Shown here in pieces: positions 30,812 to 40,660 of a DNA stretch of 64,000 nt. The position numbers were made by a program, and so were the translations under genes. Every line of letters starts with the position of its first letter. Position 1 is the first letter of the stretch. This DNA is from Thermoproteota archaeon (lineage in GTDB: Archaea > Thermoproteota > Thermoprotei_A > EX4484-217-1 > JAPDJV01). Under the pieces are notes generated by a model that did no database searches, was not told the origin of the DNA, and saw only the letters and a list, made by a program, of their open reading frames with translations. The stretch is from the NCBI GenBank assembly GCA_029258925.1, contig JAPDJV010000009.1, forward strand, positions 3,256 through 67,255, given 5' to 3'.

Positions 30812-31950
30812 TTGGGAGAGTTGTGTAATATGTGTTGTGAGAGCTCGATTATTGATTATGCGAAGAAATCGTTAATGGACGAACTCTACTCTGCAGCAAT
30901 CTATAGGAGATTGGCAAAGCTGTATACAGGGAAAAGTGTTTCTGAAAAGTTACTTAGAATTGCCGAAATGGAGGGTAGACATAGCAGGTTCTGGCTTTAC
31001 TTTCTTAGAAGAAGAGGGGTTGAAATTAGTAAGTTCACCGTTAACAAGTTTAAAGTTCTACTTTCCACCATACTATTTAGGATCCTGGGTTTAGCTCTAA
31101 CATTTAGAATTCTTGAAATAGGAGAGCGAAATGCCATACAACTATACTCTATGATGTTGGAAAGCCCCGAGTTAACAGAGGAAGAGAAGCAGGGTATAAG
31201 GAGTATTTTAGAAGACGAGCTTGTCCACGAGTATGAGTTTGCAGAAGAGGGATCAAGATTTAAAGATTTCATGAACCACGTCAGAGACGCTGTTCTCGGC
31301 ATGAGTGATGGTCTTGTGGAAGTGCTCTCGGTTTCTGCAGGTCTTGCAGGCGCTTATGGAGATCCTATCAATGTTGCTATAGGTGGCTCTATTGTGGGTA
31401 TAGCTGGCGCGCTATCTATGGGAATAGGTGCGTTCACTAGTGTTAGAGCACAGAGACAGGTTAGGCTAAGTATTTTATCTAGAATTAAGCTAGCCTCTAA
31501 GTATGTGGCACACGTATTTGTCTCAAGAGTAATTAATTACATGATGGGGAAAGGATTAAGCAAGGAAGCAGCTGAAGTCATCGCAGAGGAGGCATCTAGA
31601 GACAAAGAACTGCTTGGTAGGATTATTGCTGAAGAGGAGTATGGTTTAAAGGAGGAGGCTCTGGAGAAGCCGGGTAGAGCAGGTCTTTACACAGGTTTTT
31701 TTACATAATAGGAGCCATCGTCCCACTTACTCCATACTTCCTCGTCTTGCCCATCACATTAGCTATTCCATTATCGTTTATACTTGCAGCTATAATGCTA
31801 GCTCTCACGGGCTTTGTAATAGCTATATCTGCAAACCTTGATATTAAAATGAAAATGCTCGAGCTAGTCGTCGCTGGACTTGGATCAGCCATTGTAACCT
31901 ACGTCATTGGAATAGTAGCCTCGATGCTGCTGGGAATAGAAGTTGATTAA
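30812..31950 (+). pseudogene. ferritin-like (ExxH) domain + VIT1/CCC1-family iron/manganese transporter, interrupted by a -1 frameshift in a T7 run (31696-31702); possibly a sequencing error or slippage
   Basis: ORF 30812-31708 has EMEGRHSRF / EDELVHEYEF di-iron motifs and the VIT1 core (DGLVEVLSVSAGLAG). Its C-terminal TM segment (GAIVPLTPYFLV...LGSAIVTYVIGIVASML) continues in a frame shifted by one, through to 31950. Confidence 0.55.
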
Positions 31951-31992
31951 AAGAAGGTTCTCCATATAAGATTTAAAAAGAATTTTAGTGCT

Positions 31993-32418
31993 TTACTCCT
32001 TGATTACATCTAAAATTATTGCGGGGCATACTCTCCTTACACCCGGTAGACGAGAGATCTCATCGTGGATGCGGGCAAGCTCCTCGCCGTCAGTAGCCCA
32101 TATGACAGTCATTATCGAGTGATCTCCCGATGTAAGAGCTAAGTATTTTACGTGTTCTCTCTCCTTTAAAAAAGCTAGCACGCTGAAAATGTGTTCGGGC
32201 TCCGTGTCTATACCAGTTATAGATATCGAGTTATAGCCTAGCTTCTTGGGATCAATGATTATGGTGTACTTCTTAATTATGCCAAGTTGCTCAAGCTTCC
32301 TTATCCTCTTAATCACAGCCACATCGCTAATGCCCATGGCACGAGATATTTCACTGTAAGAGGCTCTAGCATTCTCCCTTAACATTTCTAATATTTTCCT
32401 ATCTTTTTCGTCAAGCAT
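31993..32418 (-). CDS. lrp: Lrp/AsnC-family transcriptional regulator
   Basis: DEKDRKILEMLRENARASYSEISRAMGISDVAVIKRIRKLEQLGII HTH plus a C-terminal RAM domain. Confidence 0.75.
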   Translation of the reverse strand: MLDEKDRKILEMLRENARASYSEISRAMGISDVAVIKRIRKLEQLGIIKKYTIIIDPKKLGYNSISITGIDTEPEHIFSVLAFLKEREHVKYLALTSGDHSIMTVIWATDGEELARIHDEISRLPGVRRVCPAIILDVIKE

Positions 32419-32799
32419 ACTTGAACCCCGAAGGTTTTTATTACTCTCATTCACAATGCACTTAACTATTGCTTTTCCATTTAATATTTTAATAATGTTA
32501 AGGATTTATCTACATTTATGATTTTAAATACTTCTATGTGGTGTTCTTCATCTAAATTACCCTAATCCTATTACTTCAACAAGCTTTGCCCTTATATTAA
32601 ACTCTTTAAGCGCGTACACTAAATCTTCAATTCGATCATTAATATTCCAAGTTCTATAGAAGGACCGGAAAACTCTACAATAGCATCATCATTACATATT
32701 TTGACAAGCTTTGAGTAAGCTTCCAAGAGCTGGTAATTATTGTACATGCCTATACTTTTCTCGATGACTTTTTAGACATGATTGCCCTGGCTCCGAGAA

Positions 32800-33183
32800 T
32801 CAACCTTCACGTATTACCTTGATTTCCTTCCCGCTCTCCCAGAGCCCATGTAGACTACAATACTCTATCGCATATATCGCACCGCTTTTCTCTAACTTCA
32901 ACGTTAGCTTAACATCAGGTTCGGTGTATACTGGAGTAAGAGTGATTGTTGCTAAGTGTACTGGATTGAACTGCCTCTCCTCTTCATAGAAGTATACTTC
33001 AATCCGCCTTATTGAATGTTCAACGGTGCTGGGATGAGGCCCTACAGAAACTCTTAGTTCAAATGGTTGATTAGCTTTAACAATATCTGGTGCTTCTATT
33101 CTAGGGGTATGTGTTTTAACCTTACTGATTACCTCTTCAGAAGCTGTTTCAGGAGAATATATGAGTTCTCTAAACGACTTCAT
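32800..33183 (-). CDS. superoxide reductase (neelaredoxin/desulfoferrodoxin-like)
   Basis: 127 aa; HTPRIEAP ... EHSIRRIEVYF ... CSLHGLWES matches the SOR iron-ligand pattern (His x4 / Cys). Confidence 0.55.
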   Translation of the reverse strand: MKSFRELIYSPETASEEVISKVKTHTPRIEAPDIVKANQPFELRVSVGPHPSTVEHSIRRIEVYFYEEERQFNPVHLATITLTPVYTEPDVKLTLKLEKSGAIYAIEYCSLHGLWESGKEIKVIREG

Positions 33184-33573
33184 TCACTATCCCTCTCACA
33201 TTTAGGGCTGAACTCCCAAATATAAACTTCGTGTTTATAAAAGAGTAATGTTAGAGATTTTAACCAATTAAAACGGCAATCTAACCAGGATACCGCTCTT
33301 AAATACTGTTGAAGTCGATAATTAGTATCAAGCGCTAAACTCAACTCATCATATTAGCAAGACCGCTCCATGGCAAATTTAAATGTTTTGAGAACCCTTG
33401 TAAAGTTCTTATTTTCTGGCGAATTCTCAGTAAATAATATATAGGCTTATAGAGTTAAGTAATTAAACACGTTGTTATAGATGCCGTAAAATCTTCATCG
33501 ATCATTAAAGTTTAAATATCGTCTTACTATTCAAGACAGTGCAGTAAGAGATTAGAGGAGTATGGATGGTTAC

Positions 33574-34029
33574 ATGACGGAAGCAGAGCGCTTTAAATAT
33601 ATTGTGAGGATAGCTGGGAAGGATATTGATGGAACTCTTCAAGTAGTCCACGGTCTAGCTCAAATTAAGGGTGTCGGAGTAGCATTAGCTAATGCCCTCT
33701 GCCATTTGCTTGGGATAAATCCCTATGAGAGAGTTGGTTTACTTACAGAAAGTCAAATAGCTAAAATAGAGGAAGCCATAAGAAATCCAGGTAAATATGG
33801 CCTACCAGCGTGGATGATGAATAGGAGGAAGGACTATGTGACAGGTAATGACATACATTTAGTAGGGGCGGATCTAATAATGGCTGTTAGAGCGGATATA
33901 GAGAGGCTTATGAAGATTAAGTGTTGGAAGGGGATAAGGCACTCACTGGGATTAAAGGTTAGGGGTCAGAGAACTCGTACTACTGGTAGGCTGGGAATGA
34001 CTGTAGGAGTGAGAAGGAGAAGGAGGTAG
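33574..34029 (+). CDS. rps13: 30S ribosomal protein S13 (uS13)
   Basis: [29 protein letters not shown] uS13 N-terminus; Arg-rich tail. Confidence 0.9.
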   Translation: MTEAERFKYIVRIAGKDIDGTLQVVHGLAQIKGVGVALANALCHLLGINPYERVGLLTESQIAKIEEAIRNPGKYGLPAWMMNRRKDYVTGNDIHLVGADLIMAVRADIERLMKIKCWKGIRHSLGLKVRGQRTRTTGRLGMTVGVRRRRR

Positions 34030-34036
34030 AGGATTC

Positions 34037-34546
34037 ATGGGTGACCCGAGGAAGTCTAAGAGAAAGTGGATGGGACCTTCGCATCCTTGGAGAAGGGAGA
34101 TATTACAGGAGGAAATAGTGCTCGTTGGAAAGTACGGGTTAAGGAATAAGAGGGAGCTATGGCTAGCTAAAACTATAATAAGACGCTTTAGGCACCAAGC
34201 AAGACGTCTACTAGCATTACCTGAAGACATAAGACGTAGAGAGGAGAAGAGCCTACTACATAGGCTTTACCAAATGGGCATCCTCCCGGAAAACGCTACG
34301 CTAGATGACATATTAAGTCTTACAGCAGAAGACTACCTGAAGAGAAGGCTTCAGACAATAGTTTATCAGAAGGGGTTGGCAAAGACTATTTACCAGGCTA
34401 GACAGCTAATAGTACATGGCCACATAGCTATAGGTGGGCGAAGAGTTAACGCACCCGGCTATATAGTCTGGAGAGACGAGGAGCCATTAATAGACTACGC
34501 TCCTACAAGTCCCTTTAAGGTTAGACCGGAGGCTGAAGCCAAATGA
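34037..34546 (+). CDS. rps4: 30S ribosomal protein S4 (uS4)
   Basis: 169 aa; [10 protein letters not shown]...[10 protein letters not shown]... S4 domain. Confidence 0.9.
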   Translation: MGDPRKSKRKWMGPSHPWRREILQEEIVLVGKYGLRNKRELWLAKTIIRRFRHQARRLLALPEDIRRREEKSLLHRLYQMGILPENATLDDILSLTAEDYLKRRLQTIVYQKGLAKTIYQARQLIVHGHIAIGGRRVNAPGYIVWRDEEPLIDYAPTSPFKVRPEAEAK

Positions 34547-34944
34547 GCTTTTCAATGCGTGAATTGAAATGGGGTATAGCCCACATATATAGCTCGTTAA
34601 ACAACACAATTATACATATAACCGATTTAACGGGGGCTGAAACTGTAGCTATAGCCTCCGGTGGAATGGTTGTAAAAGCTGATAGAGAGAAGCCTTCACC
34701 CTACGCCGCAATGATGGCTGCATCTAGAGCTGCTAGAACCGCGTGGGATAAGGGGATAAATGCAATGCATATTAAGGTTAGGGCACCAGGTGGTCATGGA
34801 CCAAAAACGCCTGGTCCAGGAGCCCAGGCGGCAATAAGGGCTCTGGCTAGAGCAGGCTTTATTATAGGTAGAATAGAGGACGTAACGCCGCTACCCCACG
34901 ACACTACTAGGAGACCTGGTGGTAGGAGGGGTAGGAGAGTATAA
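34543..34944 (+). CDS. rps11: 30S ribosomal protein S11 (uS11)
   Basis: 133 aa; [21 protein letters not shown]...HIKVRAPGG uS11 signature. Confidence 0.9.
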   Translation: MSFSMRELKWGIAHIYSSLNNTIIHITDLTGAETVAIASGGMVVKADREKPSPYAAMMAASRAARTAWDKGINAMHIKVRAPGGHGPKTPGPGAQAAIRALARAGFIIGRIEDVTPLPHDTTRRPGGRRGRRV

Positions 34945-34962
34945 TATTGTGGGGAGCTTTCC

Positions 34963-35766
34963 ATGAAAATCAATGTGCTGTACAGGGATGAGAAGATCTT
35001 GAAGATTATGATAGAAGATGTTAGGTTAGAATACATCAATTCTTTAAGGAGGATAATGATAGCTGAAGTACCCACTATGGCAATAGAAGATGTATTAGTG
35101 TTAGACAATACTAGTGTGCTTTATGATGAAATAATAGCTCACAGGCTGGGTCTTATACCTCTTACAACAGTTTACGATAGGTATGGGTCCCCCGAGGGGT
35201 GTGCAGACAAAGAGCTGGCAAGCTCGCCTGAATGTGCCGTTAGATTGTATTTGGATGTTGAAGCTGGGGAGAATGGATATAGAATAGTGTATTCTGGAGA
35301 CTTGAAGTCGGAAGACCCTGATGTTAGGCCTACTAGTGATAGAATTCCAATAGCAGTTTTAGGGAGGGGACAGAGACTTGCATTGGAAGCGTATGCTAGA
35401 TTGGGTAGGGGGAAAGAACATGCAAAGTGGAGTCCGGTAACTGTTGCAGCCTTTAAATACAAACCCATTATAAACATCAATGAAGATCTCTGCGTCTTAT
35501 GCGGGAAGTGCGTTGAAGTCTGCCCTAGAAAAGTTCTTGAATTAAAAGAGGACAAAATAGTAGTATTAAATGTGCTAGACTGCAACCTATGTAAATCATG
35601 TGAGGAAGCATGCGAATTTGATGCCATAAAAATTTCTTGGAACGAAAACACTTTGGCATTCACTCTAGAATCCACAGGAGCTCTAAAACCAGAGCAGATA
35701 ATTGTTGAATCAACGAACATCTTAGAGAAGAAACTAAACACGTTACTACAATTCTTGGGGGATTGA
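34963..35766 (+). CDS. rpoD: DNA-directed RNA polymerase subunit D (with 4Fe-4S cluster domain)
   Basis: 267 aa; Rpb3-like dimerisation domain plus CVLCGKCVEVCP / CNLCKSCEEAC ferredoxin-like cysteines, as in the Sulfolobus RpoD. Confidence 0.9.
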   Translation: MKINVLYRDEKILKIMIEDVRLEYINSLRRIMIAEVPTMAIEDVLVLDNTSVLYDEIIAHRLGLIPLTTVYDRYGSPEGCADKELASSPECAVRLYLDVEAGENGYRIVYSGDLKSEDPDVRPTSDRIPIAVLGRGQRLALEAYARLGRGKEHAKWSPVTVAAFKYKPIININEDLCVLCGKCVEVCPRKVLELKEDKIVVLNVLDCNLCKSCEEACEFDAIKISWNENTLAFTLESTGALKPEQIIVESTNILEKKLNTLLQFLGD

Positions 35767-35770
35767 TATT

Positions 35771-36136
35771 ATGGTTAAGAGAACAGGTCCCACAAACATT
35801 GTTACAAGAATCACAGTTAGAGAATTGAAGAAGATGTCTACGAAAACCTCTAAGAGAATATGGAGTGATGTTGCCGATAGGATTCTAAGGCCCTCGAGGA
35901 GGAGGGTCATTGTAAACATATCTAGAATAAATAGGTATTCCAAAAGTGGAGAAATCATAGTGGTTCCGGGGAAAGTGCTGGGTGCTGGTACGATAAATCA
36001 TCCGGTAACTGTTGCAGCTCTAGATTTCTCTGCGAGAGCTAGAGAGAAAATAGAGAGAGCAAGTGGCAGATGTATTCATATACTAGACTTACTTGAAGAA
36101 AACCCGTCCCCGTCTAAGATCAAAATAATGGAGTGA
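35771..36136 (+). CDS. rpl18e: 50S ribosomal protein L18e
   Basis: 121 aa; VKRTGPTNIVTRITVRELKK N-terminus typical of L18e. Confidence 0.85.
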   Translation: MVKRTGPTNIVTRITVRELKKMSTKTSKRIWSDVADRILRPSRRRVIVNISRINRYSKSGEIIVVPGKVLGAGTINHPVTVAALDFSARAREKIERASGRCIHILDLLEENPSPSKIKIME

Positions 36137-36594
36137 GGCCTATGAGTAGGGAAACAGTGATAGATGCAACCAACTTAGTGTTAGGGAGAATGGCAAGTAT
36201 AGTGGCTAAAAGACTGTTAAATGGCGAGAGGATTGTAATAGTTAATGCAGAGAAGGCCGTAATCAGCGGAGAACCTAGGATGGTCATTGAATCCTACAAA
36301 ATACTCTTTAATGTGGGAACACTTAGAAATCCCTACAGGCATGGAATTAGAAGGCCTAGAACACCGGAGAGAATAGTGAGATTAGCTATCAGAGGGATGC
36401 TGCCCATGGAAAAGAGGAGAGGCAGAGATGCTTACAGGAGGTTAAGAGTCTACTGTGGTATACCACCGGAATATAGGAATAGACCCCTACAATCAATAAA
36501 AGAGGCGTCGGCACTAAAACTCTCTAGGACATATGTTAAAGTAGGTGATGTCGCATTACAAATGGGTTGGAAGCCTAAGGTGGTATGGAAATGA
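36133..36594 (+). CDS. rpl13: 50S ribosomal protein L13 (uL13)
   Basis: 153 aa; VIDATNLVLGRMASIVAKRLLNGERIVIVNAEKAVISG uL13 signature. Confidence 0.9.
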   Translation: MRPMSRETVIDATNLVLGRMASIVAKRLLNGERIVIVNAEKAVISGEPRMVIESYKILFNVGTLRNPYRHGIRRPRTPERIVRLAIRGMLPMEKRRGRDAYRRLRVYCGIPPEYRNRPLQSIKEASALKLSRTYVKVGDVALQMGWKPKVVWK

Positions 36595-36992
36595 AAGTAA
36601 TATTAACGTCGGGTAGGCGCAAAACTTCTAGAGCAAAAGCAATATTAACTGAGGGCAAGGGAAGAGTATGGATAAATAACATACCTTTAGAAATATATCC
36701 CATTGAAATGGTGAGGTGGAAAATACTGGAGCCTTTACTATTAGCGGGAGAAGACATAGTTAAAGGCATTGATATAAAGGTTTACGTAAGAGGAGGAGGC
36801 GTCATGGCCCAAGCTGATGCGGCGAGAATGGCCATAGCCAGAGGACTAATAGAATGGACGGGAAGCGAGGAGTTAAAGAAGCTATTTGTAACCTACGATA
36901 GAACGATGCTTGCAGGCGATCCTAGACAGGCTGAACCTAAAAAATTTGCTAGATATAGTGCTCGAAGAAGATGGCAAAAATCATATAGATGA
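36585..36992 (+). CDS. rps9: 30S ribosomal protein S9 (uS9)
   Basis: 135 aa; GRRKTSRAKA ... GGGVMAQADAARMAIARGL ... ARRRWQKSYR uS9 signature. Confidence 0.9.
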   Translation: MEMKVILTSGRRKTSRAKAILTEGKGRVWINNIPLEIYPIEMVRWKILEPLLLAGEDIVKGIDIKVYVRGGGVMAQADAARMAIARGLIEWTGSEELKKLFVTYDRTMLAGDPRQAEPKKFARYSARRRWQKSYR

Positions 36993-37018
36993 CATTAGAG
37001 ATTATGTTTTAGTAACTG

Positions 37019-37228
37019 GTGATCGAAGTGATAATACCTGTAAGATGCTTTACTTGCGGAGCCCTAATAGGAGATAAGTGGGAGGACTTCAAAAGAAGAG
37101 TAGATGAAGGGGAGGATCCCGGAAAAGTCCTCGACGATCTGGGAGTGAAAAGATATTGTTGCAGAAGAATGCTTCTCTCACACATAGATCTAATATACGA
37201 GGCCATAACATTCACCAAGCCTTCGTAA
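37019..37228 (+). CDS. rpoN: DNA-directed RNA polymerase subunit N (Rpb10)
   Basis: 69 aa; [10 protein letters not shown]...YCCRRM zinc-bundle motif. Confidence 0.85.
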   Translation: MIEVIIPVRCFTCGALIGDKWEDFKRRVDEGEDPGKVLDDLGVKRYCCRRMLLSHIDLIYEAITFTKPS

Positions 37229-37260
37229 AGAACTTGAATACATTTAGGAGTGTGATTTAG

Positions 37261-37908
37261 TTGAGTGCTAGTGAGCAGAATAGACAACCTGTTGTGAAGC
37301 AAATAGAATTATTAATTCCATTAGAGGTATATTTGGCAGCTGGAGTACACATAGGAACCCATATAGGAACGAAATTTATGATGAAATATATTTATAGAGT
37401 CAGACCAGACGGCCTTTACATAATTGATGTTAGGAAGACTGATGAGAGGCTGAGAATTGCAGCGGGATTCATTTCAAGATATGAGCCTGAGAAAGTAGTA
37501 GCCGTTTCAGTGAGGCAGTACGGTCATAAACCAGTTGAGAAGTTCGGTATTTACACGCACTCCAAGTATCTTATTGGACGCTTTGTTCCGGGAACATTTA
37601 CTAACCCCTATTTATCTAGGCACGTTGAGCCGGATTTAGTCATAATAACTGATCCGAGAGCAGATATTCAAGCATTAAAAGAAGCAGCTGAAGTGGGTAT
37701 ACCAGTAGTCGCATTCTGCGACACGGATAATAGAACGGAGTATATTGATCTAGTTATTCCCGCTAACAATAAGGGAAGGAAGTCGCTGGCTCTTCTCTAC
37801 TGGGTGCTGGCGAGGCAAGTTCTGAGGGAGAGAGGCGAGTTACCTCCCGATAAGGATTTGCCAGTGTCCTATGAGGAATTTGAGACTAAGGTTAAGAGAG
37901 GGAGTTAG
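37261..37908 (+). CDS. rps2: 30S ribosomal protein S2 (uS2)
   Basis: 215 aa; [17 protein letters not shown] ... [15 protein letters not shown] uS2 motifs. TTG start. Confidence 0.9.
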   Translation: MSASEQNRQPVVKQIELLIPLEVYLAAGVHIGTHIGTKFMMKYIYRVRPDGLYIIDVRKTDERLRIAAGFISRYEPEKVVAVSVRQYGHKPVEKFGIYTHSKYLIGRFVPGTFTNPYLSRHVEPDLVIITDPRADIQALKEAAEVGIPVVAFCDTDNRTEYIDLVIPANNKGRKSLALLYWVLARQVLRERGELPPDKDLPVSYEEFETKVKRGS

Positions 37909-37917
37909 GTGTGAGCA

Positions 37918-38766
37918 ATGACAGATAGATGGCCTGCTGTAGCTGGAGCATTCTATGAGGCTGATAGAGAGAGGCTAATAGAGCAGATAGAATGGTGTTT
38001 TAAACATCCACTTGGCCCAGGGATGTTGCCGTCTAGGACTACTATAGGTGAGCATAAGATTATAGGCTTGGTTTCACCTCATGCGGGATACATGTATTCA
38101 GGCCCTATTGCAGCTCATGGATATTACGAGCTTTCTAAGAGGGAAGCTGTAGACACGGTAATTATATTAGGTCCTAATCACACGGGAATGGGAAGTGGAG
38201 TGTCTATTTATCCTGAAGGATATTGGATAACACCTCTGGGAAAGGTTGGTGTCGATAGAGAACTAGGGATGTTGATAGCTAAATTTAGTGAGATAGCTGA
38301 TCTTGATGAGATGGCACATCTACATGAGCACTCGATTGAAGTGCAGATACCCTTTCTTCAGTATATTTGGGAAACTTTCAGTATAGTTCCGATAACAATG
38401 TTCATGCAAACTCCAGTTATAGCGAGAAAACTGGCTAGGGGAATTTATGAGGCGGAGAGGGAGCTTGGGAAAACCGTAGCTGTTATTGCGAGTACTGATT
38501 TCACCCATTACGAACCTTATAGTGCAGCTTATAGAAAAGATAAGATGGCTATTGAAGCAATTTTAAGCCTTGACTCTAATCTATTATATGAGAGAATAGT
38601 TCAATACGATATATCTATGTGTGGTCCGGGTCCAGTAATGACTTTAACAGAGTACGCTAAATTAAAGAATGATATTAAACCACGTTTACTGAAATATGCT
38701 ACATCTGGGGATATAACAGGTGAGAAAGCTGCAGTAGTTGGTTATGCATCAATAGTGTTTTATTAA
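37918..38766 (+). CDS. MEMO1-family protein (AmmeMemoRadiSam system protein B)
   Basis: 282 aa; AGAFYEAD ... VSPHAGYMYSGPIAA ... GPNHTG ... HSIEVQIPFL signature of the Memo/UPF0103 family. Confidence 0.75.
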   Translation: MTDRWPAVAGAFYEADRERLIEQIEWCFKHPLGPGMLPSRTTIGEHKIIGLVSPHAGYMYSGPIAAHGYYELSKREAVDTVIILGPNHTGMGSGVSIYPEGYWITPLGKVGVDRELGMLIAKFSEIADLDEMAHLHEHSIEVQIPFLQYIWETFSIVPITMFMQTPVIARKLARGIYEAERELGKTVAVIASTDFTHYEPYSAAYRKDKMAIEAILSLDSNLLYERIVQYDISMCGPGPVMTLTEYAKLKNDIKPRLLKYATSGDITGEKAAVVGYASIVFY

Positions 38767-38837
38767 GTGATTTTCAAATCCTAGGATTTAAATATCATGC
38801 TTAACAAGTTCATGCAATTAGAATTGGAGAAGGCCTC

Positions 38838-39653
38838 ATGAAGAATCAAATAGACATCTCAGTTGCTACAGGAGTTCCCGTGTTTGGGGTCTATGTTCCG
38901 GATAGAAATATTCCTCATTTAATGCTTCCTTTCAGGGATGTCAGGATTCTTCTGTCTCTGGAATACTCTAATTCTGGATTTAATGATGTGGTTTTAATTA
39001 GAGGTGTAGGGGGTAGAGCTGGAGAGGAGCTTATGCTTGCAGATATTATCAAGAATTTCATACGTGAAGTTAAGGAATTTTTAGGATTTAGGAGCGCATT
39101 TAGGGTTAGAGTTGAATATGAGAGCCTCTTATCTCCCTTGCAATTATACGCTGCATCGACTATGTCGATTTTAAGTGCTATGCGTGAATACTTGAATAAT
39201 TCTGTGCTCGACAAGAATATGATAATATCACTGGGTGAGAGAATAGACAGAAGAGTGAGGCTAAAAATACCTCAGTCAATAATAAATGCCTACAGAATTG
39301 TGAGCATGGAGGAAAAACCTGTTGTATATCGTAGAGGCGAGGGAGTAGTAGTTTTACCTTTTACCGAAGTTTTATCAGGGTTTGCAAACATGGTGAAACC
39401 ACATTATTGGTCGGATTATGAGATCAAGTATTTCCTCGACCACCCTTTAATGGATGTAGTTGTTCACGGAATAAGCATTACAGTAATAGAGTCTGCGAAG
39501 AAGTCTTCTGAAAGTGTTGACATATTATCTTCCCTATTTGAGGCAGAAGTACATCTCCAGAAGATTATTATTAAGGGAGGGGGTAAATGTAATTTGTTAA
39601 AACTCTTTCCCGATATTGCTGGAGCACTAGCAGTATCGATCAACACTAGTTAA
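38838..39653 (+). CDS. GHMP-kinase-like protein with a degenerate ATP-binding motif II (possible divergent mevalonate-pathway kinase), first gene of the ipk-idi2-GGPPS cluster
   Basis: 271 aa; the C-terminal KIIIKGGGKCNLLKL resembles GHMP motif III (KLTGAGGGGC), but motif II is replaced by SPLQLYAASTMSILSAM with no Gly-rich loop. The gene's position suggests an isoprenoid role. Confidence 0.35.
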   Translation: MKNQIDISVATGVPVFGVYVPDRNIPHLMLPFRDVRILLSLEYSNSGFNDVVLIRGVGGRAGEELMLADIIKNFIREVKEFLGFRSAFRVRVEYESLLSPLQLYAASTMSILSAMREYLNNSVLDKNMIISLGERIDRRVRLKIPQSIINAYRIVSMEEKPVVYRRGEGVVVLPFTEVLSGFANMVKPHYWSDYEIKYFLDHPLMDVVVHGISITVIESAKKSSESVDILSSLFEAEVHLQKIIIKGGGKCNLLKLFPDIAGALAVSINTS

Positions 39654-39667
39654 ATCAGGTGGAATTA

Positions 39668-40474
39668 ATGAAGTCTAATCCTCCAATAATTATCAAGCTA
39701 GGTGGAAGTGTTATAACAAATAAGCGGAGGCCTCTCAGTACTAGGAAGAGGGTCATTAAGAGACTTGGACTGGAAATAAAGAAGTTCCTGCAAAATAATC
39801 CTGATGAGAAGATAATTCTAGTCCATGGAGGAGGATCATTCGGCCACCCACTTGCAAAGAAATTTATTGATGAAAGAGGATACTTTGACGATGACGCATT
39901 CGTAAGAATAATACATGTCATGAGGGAGCTAAACCAGATAGTATGCAAAATACTTATAGACGTCGGCTTACAGGTCTACCCGATTCAAACTAGTTGTGTT
40001 TTCAGATACGAGAGAGGAGGCCTAGTATTTCTATCTCAAAACCTACTTGAAGAGGCATTAAATAGGAACCTAACACCACTTCTCCACGGCGACATTGTTA
40101 TATGTGATTCAGGCTATACAATATTGTCAGGAGATACTATAGTTGCTTACCTAGCTAAGAGTTTTGGCTCTAAAAGAGTGTTCTTCGTTACTGATGTGTC
40201 AGGAATATTTCTTGATTTCGAAAAGAAGAAAATTATAAGGAAAATATCTATCGGGTCTATAAAATCTAAAATTAGAAGCCATTTACCTGAAATTCCGTCA
40301 ATTCTTGAATATGGGGTCTTCGACGTCACTGGTGGAATAAGAACAAAGTTGGTGGAATTTACAAAATATGGTCAACCTGGACTAATAATTACTATTCTCA
40401 ACGGTTTGAAGCCCGGGAACTTATATAAGAGTTTATCTGGCCACCGTCTGGGAACACGTATAATAGTAGTGTGA
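39668..40474 (+). CDS. ipk: isopentenyl phosphate kinase
   Basis: IIIKLGGSVITNK ... ILVHGGGSFGHPLAKKF amino-acid-kinase fold of archaeal IPK. GGTGG Shine-Dalgarno 7 nt upstream. Confidence 0.8.
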   Translation: MKSNPPIIIKLGGSVITNKRRPLSTRKRVIKRLGLEIKKFLQNNPDEKIILVHGGGSFGHPLAKKFIDERGYFDDDAFVRIIHVMRELNQIVCKILIDVGLQVYPIQTSCVFRYERGGLVFLSQNLLEEALNRNLTPLLHGDIVICDSGYTILSGDTIVAYLAKSFGSKRVFFVTDVSGIFLDFEKKKIIRKISIGSIKSKIRSHLPEIPSILEYGVFDVTGGIRTKLVEFTKYGQPGLIITILNGLKPGNLYKSLSGHRLGTRIIVV

Positions 40475-40660
40475 TGAAGGTCATTATTTTAGAGGAAGCG
40501 TGAAATGAGACATAAGACTCTCCTATACAATCTAACAGAAAATTGGGTGAAAGCTTTGTATTGTCTGCAACTAACTGCCAGCAACTTCATAGAAATATCA
40601 AAATATTCGTGCTAACAATCAAATCCTACAGCAAGTAATGTAAGTAAATATCGTGGGCAT

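Noticed and set aside
32455-32799. 42-aa minus-strand ORF (MYNNYQLLEAYSKLVKICNDDAIVEFSGPSIELGILMIELKI) between lrp and the SOR gene
   Set aside because: It is short, has no motif and no RBS. It could be a gene fragment but cannot be supported from sequence alone.
35172-35741. 189-aa minus-strand ORF covering rpoD
   Set aside because: It is antisense to the well-supported RpoD (Fe-S domain) gene and has no motifs.
40472-40600. Possible C/D-box sRNA in the ipk-idi2 spacer (GTGATGA at the ipk stop)
   Set aside because: The C-box-like heptamer is formed by the ipk stop-codon context. No convincing D/D' (CUGA) boxes were found at the appropriate spacing, so the evidence is insufficient.
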